64,000 bases of DNA. It comes from Yuukianura sp. NJ FZ-2021. Lineage: Eukaryota. Position numbers and translations under genes: made by a program. The notes under the pieces were generated by a model, which ran no database searches, was not told the DNA's origin, and worked only from the letters and a program-made list of their open reading frames with translations. The stretch is taken from assembly GCA_046563655.1 (NCBI GenBank), contig CM102289.1, forward strand, positions 9,362,001 to 9,426,000, given 5' to 3'. Shown piece after piece: positions 54,510-64,000 of this stretch (position 1 is the stretch's first letter; each line of letters starts with the position of its first letter).

Positions 54510-55361
54510 TTATTTCACTGGATCTTTCCTGGAAGATGTGCTCGGATTGCGATCGTAAGGTTTACTGCGATTATTTGCACTTGAAGAGGCGGAGCTACTG
54601 CTGCTCGGTGTTTTCATCTGTTTCGTTTGCAGACTCGTCCTGGATAAGCTGAAGTTCGGCGTGTCACCCTCCATGGACCTTAGCTTTGCTTCGATAGCCG
54701 AAATTGCTTTAGATTTGCTCAGTGGCTTTTCCGGTGGTTTGATTCCGAGTGCTGGGATTTTGCTACGGATCTTCTCCTCTTCGTCCTAGAAACATTCCGA
54801 CCATATGAATGGTAACAAACGTTATAACATCAACAGTGCCGAATACTCAATTACCTGAGGCGTCTGTGTTGTTTGATTAGCCCACCGTACAGATATACAC
54901 TTCTCCATGACTCTTTTGGAATCTAACTGTTGTATACATTTCAGAGCTGAACTGGGATCTTCATAAGTAACAAAGGCGTAGCCCCGTGGTTGTCCAATGT
55001 ACGGTCCACTTCGGTGAAACAGGAAGTCAAATTGCTGAATATTTCCAAACGATTGTACCAGTTTCAGAAGATGGAACCCATTTTCAAAAGAAGACAAAAA
55101 TAAAGTAAGTAATTAGTTTAAAAGATTCACATATTAATCTCAGCCGATGAAATTGTTAACATCGAAACTTTTTTTTGTAGAAAACGATTATGAAACGTTG
55201 CAGTCTACTTACTCCGAGAGCTTAGGATCCAAATTACCAATCCAAAGTCGTCTTGTGTCCGTCTCGCCAGTAGTATTGGCAGTAGTTTCCTCTTTTGATG
55301 CACGTCCAGCCGCAGATGAAGAAGGAAAAGTTAAAAACGATCGACTCAGAGACTTGTCCAT
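54510..55361 (-). CDS. RBM18: RNA-binding protein 18 (single RRM, 3 exons)
   Basis: RRLWIGNLDPKLSE|FHLLKLVQSFGNIQQFDFLFHRSGPYIGQPRGYAFVTY...ISVRWA and AISAIEAKLRSME. Confidence 0.93.
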
Positions 55362-57584
55362 TCTTTTTGCTGTGTGCTTCTTCGAGTAGTCCACCCGCAA
55401 AAAGTTTTGCAATGATAAGCGATGTAATCTGCAAATTCGTTCAAAAATTCAGTAGGTGGGTTTTACTTTTAATTATTGAATCAATTCTCTCAATTGTCAA
55501 CTATGTACTTACTAAGAAAATTGCGGGATTTAGATAGAAAAACCTTCCGATTTACAAAAACAAAACAAACGGAATTTGGCAAACTTTGGAATTTTGAGTT
55601 TTTTTTCTCCGTAAAATCCTCCCCTCGTAAATTTGTTTTGCGTGTAAGAGGGGGCGCCTCTATCAGAACACGGTAACAACTCGCAAATTTTTTTTTGTCA
55701 ATTCAGGAGCTTCGGCTTCATCCATCACGCTTTTAGTCGGATTACGATTCAATTTACACAATACTACAAGTGTAACGAAAACAATTGAAAAAGAGAACAA
55801 TCGATGTCAACTGCCAAGGACCACTTATTACTTAAGTGCTAAGTTCTGGACACAATAACAGAACTTCTCAAGATAACGTTTTTTTACAATCTCGTCATTG
55901 TTCTCCCGCATCAATTCTACCACTACAAAACTACCAGATTCCCCCTCATAATCAATACAATTGGCAAAGTTATCCTAAAAACACAAAACAAAAACTAAAT
56001 AATTTCACACTCACACTTAGTACATTTGATTGAGTTAACAAATGAGGATAAACGTCAATGAATTGAAATATTTAGGTATAGAAAGTGGTCAGAACCCCAC
56101 CGCAGCCGGTTTTTCTTTTGGTACATTTTGTGTGTGCTCCTTTAGTTTTAGCAGTGCAAAAACAACATTTACCTTCTCTTTTTAACATTTTACACTGTGC
56201 TGTTTTTGCAGTTGCGATTTGCGGTAGTGTTGGTGTATGTAAAGTCATAGTCATAAGGATCTCTCCTGGCTCTGGCTCTGGGCTCGTCTCACGCAAACCA
56301 ATCAGTCTCGAATGGAATTTGTGTCAGGGAGGACGTACTACACTACACGGTACGTTCAGAATATTTTAAGTAGCCAGTTACGGCAATCGGCAGAAAAAAG
56401 TGGACGGTAATTGTCGCAAGTACAAACTACACGAACGGACGAACACCTTCATATGATTTTACATTAGTATAAAACGAAAAAACGAAATCCTGGAATAACG
56501 GTGAGTAATACCCGGATCTAGCAGTGTTTTTATTTACATTTGGATTTTTCGGACTTGGAGTGACTTTTGGTGTTAAATCGTTTAGTGAACGTTTTTGGAT
56601 TGACCCGGGTTCAGTGCCATCTTGGCCCGGCTTCATTCAAAAAGTTTTCCCACGCAGCCAGGAATCCTGTTATGGTGTTGGTGCAATAATGAGAACTTAA
56701 CATTTGGTTTTTGTTTGTTTAGAGTCATTGTAAATTCAACGCGCATTAAACTAAACAGTCAAGTGAAGATTAACGGATTGAAGATTACAACGCAACAAAG
56801 GATAACGATACCGACGGAAATTAAAGTTGAGATTGTTTGGCTTAAGATCCGGACACAGAGTTGGATAATCGGAAAGAAGAACAGCAAATTCAATTATCAA
56901 TTCAAATCTCCAGTAACAAGGTAAGTAAATTGCAATTACACTTTGATTTTTAGTATTTAAGTTTTTGTACTTGAGTTTCCGGTTAGCTTAGGGGGTTCCG
57001 GTACATTGACTTTGTTTTTAAGTTTTCTAAGCTGTCAATGCAGTAATACATCCCGAAATTTGCAATTTAAAAACCAAGTGGTGTTAAGTTAAAAATTCTT
57101 TACTGCCGTTACTTTGTTAGCTACTCCAAGATAATTTTTTCCGCTTAGTCAGAAGGTGTAAATAAGTTGAGTAAGCTTTGCTTACACTTATGTCGTTGAT
57201 CGTTTACATTTCGATTCTGGCATGTTTATTTAACAACGAAAAGTCGGAGGTTATGTGAAAAGTTGGACTAAAAATCCCGTCAGATGTTGTAATGGGTTTT
57301 GCCAAATAAGTTCGCAAATTGGGGGATGTTTTAGTATTTTTCCGTGTAGTAAAGTAAGGGATGCCACACCTGAGCAAAAAGTTGCGTGTTGTCTATAGCC
57401 CAAGGCACACAATGACATTGAAGAAGCTTATTTATTTCGACCTTCCCATTGCATTATTTACATGATCTTCTCAGGAACTGCTCGTAAATGTTAAGCTTTT
57501 TACCCAATCAGCAGAAGAATACTACAAAAGTTGAAGTAGTTGAATGAAGAGAGCTTGATTAAAAACTTAACGTGAGACATTTCT

Positions 57585-58931
57585 TCATTTTTGTGGATTT
57601 GGAGCTTTTGCGAAACTGCTGCGATCTGGAGCCGCGGTGACCGAATTGCGATTTGGAGCCGCGGTGCCCGAATTGCGATTTGTAGCCCCGGTAACCGATG
57701 TGCGATTTGGAGCCGCGGTGACTGAACTGCGATTTGGAGCAGTAGCTGCGGACGTGCGATTTGGAACAGCTGAAGATGTGTTGCGATTCTGAGTTTTCGG
57801 AGATTTAGATGCATTACGATTTGGAGTTTTGGGAGTTGAGCCGCGATTCGCAGCTTCTGCGTTTGGAGGTGTGCTGCGATTCGGACCCTTTGCGGATTTA
57901 CCATTTTCGGTCCCTTGATTTTTCCCGCCACTTTGTTTCTTCTTTTTTCGTGTCGTTTCACCTTCTTCTCCAAGGGAGCTAGCCGTTCCAAGGACGTTGA
58001 TTCTTAGATTAACTAAATCTCGGATACATCGGAGCGTGTGCTTATCGTCTCCCCGAACTTCGGCCATGACGAAACTCTGGATTTTGTCCAGGTACTTGGA
58101 CACGTCAGCAGCCGTAACAACTTCGTCTTCTTCGCAATCCTCTTCGTCCGACTCTTCACAGTCTTCTGCTTGTGGGGCTCCAGCACATTGGCTCCAGTTG
58201 AAACCAGCGCACGGGTCGGCAGCATCTTTGCCCGCTCCACCTCCACTCATCTGCTTACAAATACTGAGAATCAGCGCCATGCAAGGATCAGCATCGCTGG
58301 CAGCACCTCCAGTACTGCCAGCACCTCCAGTACCACCAGTTTTCGTTTTCCAGCTGTCCAGGGCACCCGATTGTTCAGTAGTCGTTTCCGTTTGGCTCTG
58401 GGCGGCAGAATCAGTCGTTTCTGAGGATTTGCCACCCTCCTTACCTCCGTCACCTTCATCTTTGGCGCCATTTTTGTTTAAGCGTGGGAAGTCAGGATGT
58501 GGAGGTGGACAGTCAGAAGAGTTAAAGGCTAAAACGAAGTTTCTAATTAAAACTTAACGATCGTTTTGCCCAGAAGTAGTTCCCGAGTTTTGAAAAAACC
58601 GCCAAGGAAACTTTCTGGAGCAAAAGGAAGTTTCCTTGGCGGTTTTTTCAAAATTCCTGAACTACTTCTGTGCAGAACGATCCTATGTCTACACATGGAC
58701 GTTGGACAGTCCATGTTATGTTTATGTTAGGTTTTAGAGTGCAGAAGGATAGAATGACATTGGAATTACATGAGCCGTTGCATGGTCCATGTCCAGAGCC
58801 ACGCCCTTGGCCATTACAACAGCAACAGTCGTTGTAGTTCCATAAGTAGTTGAGGTGCCTAATGTCCCACGGTTCTTTGACACGACAAGAATACGTTTTC
58901 CCACCGAAACCACACGGGTAGTAGTTCACAT
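57585..58931 (-). CDS. Uncharacterised low-complexity protein (Cys-rich exon, Gly-rich and acidic region, 9-aa repeats); 5' end unresolved, may extend to ~60400
   Basis: The frame is open from an acceptor near 58529 to TGA at 57585-57587. An upstream Cys-rich ORF (58648-58929) has an AG acceptor. Splice linkage is uncertain. Confidence 0.45.
57597..57885 (-). repeat. 27-bp coding tandem repeat (A-P-N-R-x-S-x-T-A)
   Basis: Repeated GCGATTTGGAGCCGCGG on the + strand; about 7 regular units plus 3-4 degenerate ones. Confidence 0.85.
58559..58682. repeat. Long inverted repeat (~55-bp arms, ~14-nt loop)
   Basis: GATCGTTTTGCCCAGAAGTAGTTCCCGAGTTTTGAAAAAACCGCCAAGGAAACTT pairs with AAGTTTCCTTGGCGGTTTTTTCAAAATTCCTGAACTACTTCTGTGCAGAACGATC; the inner 26 bp are perfect. 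Confidence 0.9.
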
Positions 58932-61900
58932 TCTAGTTTAAAATTCAATTTGGATTAAGAACACCTTGGTTCATGATTTTCCGCGCTTTTTGAAGCTTTT
59001 TTTGCTTTACTTTAGAAAAAGAAGTTTTGTACACTTTAGAATTCTTTTTGTAAACTTTGTTTTTTGAAAAAATGTGAATTTTTTGGTCATACTGGACATC
59101 CGTAGGGCGGTCCGTTGCAGTTTTTTGGTTTGGTGAGACAGACATTGCAAGAGACGCCACGAGGATCCTTGAATTTCGGCAAACATACAAAGGATTTAAA
59201 TTTAAGTGTCAATTCAATTACATTTGAAATTTAAACTTTGATTTGAATTAAGTTTTAAATTGGATGAGTTACGTACAATGCCTGGTCCTGGATAGAGTGA
59301 GCAGGGCCGTTCTTGTCGTCGCAGGCCGTAACCTTGACAACGTCCACATCCTCGACCACCACACATACGACACATCCTCCAAACCTCACAATTTTTGAAT
59401 TTTGCAAAAAGAGGAAAAAATTTTGAATTTTGAAATTTAGTGGTGCAGGAAGCTGCTGGTTTCTAGGAATTTGAAGTTGAAAACCGGAAGAACATTTGGT
59501 AATCTCGGTTTTGGAATTTTGGTTTTTCTGTTTCCGAGAATTACGAATTTGGAGAATTTTTTGCGGTCGTCGTTCTCCTTCCTGCTATGCTGGTTATTTG
59601 TTTCGTTTTGTCTAAAACTTGTTGATTTTTTAAGTTACCAAGACAAAAAAATGTTTCAAAAATCAAAAAGCCAAAGTCCAAAAACATGCAAAAAGGCACC
59701 CGTGTCCATCAAAAAAATTTTTGCTAAGCGTTTAAATAATTTTTAAATGTAAATGGCTTGAAACAACTTAAAAATTGCAAGGAAGGCAAAAAGTGATCGA
59801 AAAATTTTGTCTTCATAGTATGAGACTAACATTAAATGCGGTTGGAATAAAAAGCAATTTTTCCCCAAAATTCGCAAATTGTAATTCTAGAGACATCGGG
59901 ATTTCATGTCCACCGACTGTTTTTTGGACTGCAACTGTTGCAAGCTGTAGGTTTTTTGAAAACTTGTTTTTAAAAGTTAAAGTTGAAGGTTATAATGTTT
60001 GTGCGGATGGATGTTTCGTGTGATTTTGGAGTTGAATTGAATTGGTGGATGAATTGAATTGAATTAGCTTGTTAATTCCATGGGTGACGCCTACTTTGAC
60101 CTGGATTCAATTGGATAGTTAGTCCATTTGGAGGGTAATCTTAGCTTAACCTCACCTACTTTCCCATTTCCTGGATAAGTTCCGCTATGCTTTCCTTCTC
60201 CTAGTGAAAGTGAGAACATGAAAGCGTTGTGTTGGATGTGGATTTGGTTTCTTTGAAGAAACTCTTCGATTCTCACATGGATTGGTTTCTGTGTGATTCT
60301 ACATCGTAACCTAAGCTGGGTTAACCCATACAAGGTAACCACCGGAAACGCTTCCTCCAGTTACCATCAACTGTCATTTTCCATTTCCTTTTCAAGTCGT
60401 TTTCTTCTGCGCTTCCATTTTGTTCTATAAATGTCTGAATTCCGTAATTGGACTTCATAGTTGCTTGAAATTGGACTAAAGTTGGCTAATCTAGGCTTAG
60501 ACTAACCGAAATCTAAGCTCAATTTTTTTTAACAGTCTAAGCTTGTTGAAGTAGACATTTGAAAAGAGCTAATTTTCTGTTAAAGAAGACCGAGAAACAA
60601 GGTCGGAAGAAGTTTAAAAGTAAAGAAGGCGGGAAAATTGTAAAAGTAAAGAACGCAGGAAAAAATTTCCAGAAAAAAGTTGGTCGAAATGGACCTACTA
60701 TTACACTTTTTTGGTGCCTAAAACGGAAAAGTGCTTACGTCAAATTTGACGTGTTTGGATTCCCGAATTTTAGTCAAAACGAAACACACGGAGAAAAGCG
60801 TGTTTTGGAAAAGTCGCCGTGAAACGCTAAAAGTTTGGAAAGAAAAAATTGGTTAGCAATTTCCTCCATTTACGTTCCATATATTCTCATTCGCACTCTT
60901 TTTTGTTTGATTTTACTCAGAAAGTAAAAGTGAAAGTGAAAAGCAACAATCACGGAAGAAAGTTTAACAAAAGAGAGAAAGAGCCAAATTCAACTCGTGT
61001 CTTTTGTTCTTTCTTTGTTTTTTGAGTGTAATTGGCTGGGCTTTCACTTTTTGTTTGCTTATTTTCTCCGTTTTTGTTCTCTTTTATCAATTTTCTTTTC
61101 GAAAGTGACTTGACGGTGTACTTTGGCGGGACTTTTTGGCATAATCCTTGTTGGAATTTTGAAAAAAGTGGGGGACTGGGCGTGTCAGGGGCTGATGGAC
61201 CTTGGAGTTAAGCTTAGAAATGGGATTTGTAACTGGCAGAAGCATGCTCATGTGCTGGCAGCATGTTCATGTGCTGGCAGCACATGCAACTCAAGAGCAT
61301 GCTGGTGGATGGATGAGTATCGGTAAATAAGTAGTCTTTCAAAGTGCTAATTTATTTATGCAAGGAGACAGGTGAAGGCTTGCGTGAGGGAAAAAAAGAA
61401 ATTGTTCGTTTTCTTTGAAAAGTACTTGTGTTTTTTCCATCAGAAAAAGAAAAACTGAGGTTAGGCTGGAAAAAAAAACTAAGGTTAGGCTAGAAAAACT
61501 GCGGTTTAAGAGAAAACTAAGGCAGCCGTTGGCAATTTTTGGTGTCTGCTTGCTTTCTCTGGAGCTTTTCTCATCAGAGTTTTTTTTTCTTCTGGGAAGT
61601 TGTCATTTATTATCTTCCGCCTTTTTTTCTTTTTAGTTTTTTTTTCTCTGGAGTTGATTGAATGAAGTTTATTGATTTGTACTTTCTCTTTTCCAATTAT
61701 TTCCAGTGCAGAATAATAATGGAAAGGAAATTAGAGCAAATTGGACCCACTTTAAGAGTGTTTTTCAATTGCTTCCTGGTTAAAGATAATAATAAAGTTT
61801 TGGATTAGATTTGGCTAAACGGATTTTAATCCGGTTCTGATGAATTCGGCTCCAGGAATGATTTTTTCTGCGCTATTGTTTTTAAGTTTTTTCAATAATT

Positions 61901-62320
61901 GAAGTTGAGCTTTTCCGCTTCTTTTGGATTGAAGTGTTAAATTTCTTGGAAATTTTAGGCTTTTTTTTTTTCGTTTTTGGAGAAAGTGAAGCGAAGATAT
62001 GCATGGGGAAGGATGTGATTGTTGAGAGTAATGGAAAGCGTTGCGTTCCTGGCTGAAGTAACTGATGGTTGGAAAGTAGTAAAAGCGTATGCAAAAATTA
62101 TTTTTTAGCTTCTCCTTTTACGACTTTCTCCATATTGCGGACGGTTAACATAAAAGCTTATCGGTTTTTGGGTTTTATGGGAAAAGAGGCCTGCTTTCTC
62201 TTTTCATCTTTTTGTGAATATAAAAACAGGAAAAAACATGAATGAAAGGATCCACTTGACATGACACATGGAAAGTACTGCTGGCTAGTACAATGGAGAA
62301 AGTACTGCTACAGTGAAGCC

Positions 62321-62404
62321 GTATGGTACTGGCAGTATTGTACTGCCAGTATGGTGCTGGCAGTATTATACTGCCGGTATGGTACTGGCAATATTATACT
62401 GCCA
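62321..62404. repeat. Three tandem 28-bp units, each with an internal palindrome
   Basis: GTATGGTACTGGCAGTATT(G/A)TACTGCCA x3; the stem is TGGCAGTA/TACTGCCA. Confidence 0.85.
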
Positions 62405-64000
62405 GTGCAGTATAGTCCTATTGTTATGTTATGCCGGAAGCAGGAGTAATAAGTCTTCGAAATGGAAACGAAGTTCGTCGTGGGCCAAAGACCTTTGGTT
62501 CCAGGTCGGTTGTAAACGGGTACTTGTGTATACCGTTGTTTTTATTAACATGAAATTATTTTTCGTGGTTTTGTGTACGGAATGGACGAGACCGTGCGGA
62601 AGTGTATTACCGCATAAGTGACTCTGATTTAAATGTATGGGTGCGTAGGTTTCCGTTCAGGAATGTCCGGAAACGACTAGTTTTTGGTCGTTTTCTCTTT
62701 TTTTTTTCTCTCTCTTTTTATAGTGTTGAGTCACTTTGACTTTGTGTTGCTGTTACTCACAGTTGGACTCACTTTCTCTTTTCTTTCTCTCACTGCGTGA
62801 TTGTTCCCACTTATGGACTTCCAGGCTCTTGCTCCTGATCCTTCAATTGATAACATTATAGCCTATTTCTGCTTTTAGGCTAGTACTTTTAGGCTTTCTT
62901 TTTAGGCTTTTTTAGTACTTTCTAAGAACAACAGTGAAATTGGGCAGGTATGGCACTTCTAGTTGAGTGGAAACACAGAAGTTGGTCTCCGTTGCCTCAC
63001 GGCTGCTTTCGCAACTCCAAAATGTCAAATCAACTCCTACTTTCTTTTTTCGCAAATTTTTCTTTTTCTAAAACAGAAGTCTAACTTCTGGCTTTTGGCT
63101 GGTTGTGGACGTAGAGAAAAAGTTTTTTGGTTGGTTGTGCCAATTTTGATGATCTAATTTAGTGTAAACGCAAAATGTCATCGTCATGCATGAGGTCAAT
63201 GTCTCAGAGTCATAGCATGTGAGGTTGGAAAGACGTCAACTGGAGTTAAGCTTACTGCACTGAAGAACCTAAAAATAACACGAATTTGCGATTTCTACTT
63301 TGGTCATGCTCATGCTTCGCCTTTTCGCACTTTGGAGTGATTTTCTGTCTCTCTTGTTAGAATTTAAAATTGTTTTTAGAACATTCTTCATTTTTCAAAA
63401 AGTTGCTGAGGGTACGGTTTTTTGAATTTTTTTTAAATCATGATCTAAGGTTCTAATTTTTTTAAATTAGTGGATTGGAAAACTTAGAAACAAGAGCAGA
63501 AATTTTGAGGAAAAAATGTAACTTTCGTTTTTTGGCGCTTTCGTGATTAATTAGTAATCAATAAACTGGGGCAAAACGGAGCTTTTCTGTGTTTTGTTCT
63601 TTTGTTATAAACTTTCTACATAATAAAATTGAAAGTGACTGCTCGTGTTTTAGTATACAGAGTATTTATTATGTGTCAACTGTGGCCTACAATTTATAAT
63701 ATACGAGAGGTTATTGTCAAATGTTGTAAAATGAAAATTTTGAAAAACGGAAACGCAGGATGACAAATTTTGAATTTTGAAATTATGCTATGTTTTTACA
63801 ACTGTGGCCTTATTCTTTGTTCGTTTGGGGCTTAAATAATTTTATGGATGTGAAATTTGGAATGCGGTGGATGGTTGTAAATAATTGACATGTTCTTTGT
63901 TCGTTGCGTTTAATATTAAATTTGGGATTGTGTTGGTAGATGTGGTTGAGGGGCGGTTGGTTCTGGATACTAACCATGTCAGAGTGCACAAACTTTCTCT

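Noticed and set aside
56072..56924. Short ORFs, including a Cys/Lys-rich one, as retroelement gag or a gene
   Set aside because: No CCHC knuckle, pol motifs, LTRs or consistent splice model; a lncRNA cannot be excluded.
62321..62404. Palindromic 28-bp repeats as a CRISPR array
   Set aside because: The units are directly adjacent with no spacers, the context is eukaryotic, and there are no cas genes.
60500..64000. Short ORFs in the AT-rich 3' end of the window
   Set aside because: Lys/Phe-biased products from A/T runs with no recognisable domains.

Overview
Gene-dense, AT-rich eukaryotic DNA with short GT-AG introns (mostly 55-200 nt). The arthropod-type proteins, compact genes and a divergent F-box/LRR gene suggest a hexapod, possibly a springtail (inference). 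About 21 genes can be assembled by hand: a serine carboxypeptidase (5' partial), a small coiled-coil gene, TSEN34, CHP1, FKBP39, mRpL24, mRpL54, LRRC49, EME1, a divergent 4xMBT gene, GON4L, an F-box gene, flotillin-1, QSOX, a taperin/phostensin-like gene, MED22, INTS14, UAP56/DDX39B, RPA12/POLR1H, RBM18 and an orphan repeat-rich gene. Exon boundaries were read by eye and are approximate. Highlights: (1) five box C/D snoRNAs in UAP56 introns: three U14-like RNAs with intact 18S domain A but a decayed or replaced domain B, and two U74-type guides, one also carrying a U26-type guide; (2) candidate RNA control elements in UAP56 (intron hairpin, structured 3'UTR, 3'UTR intron, TCT/TOP-like start); (3) a run of genes whose human orthologues lie in the MHC and its paralogous regions; (4) a long-TIR, 9-bp-TSD transposon in the RBM18 3'UTR, TA-flanked MITEs and two long unexplained hairpins; (5) probable assembly problems (QSOX gap, LRRC49 frameshift, RBM18 acceptor). 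Reference sequences and human map positions are recalled, not searched.
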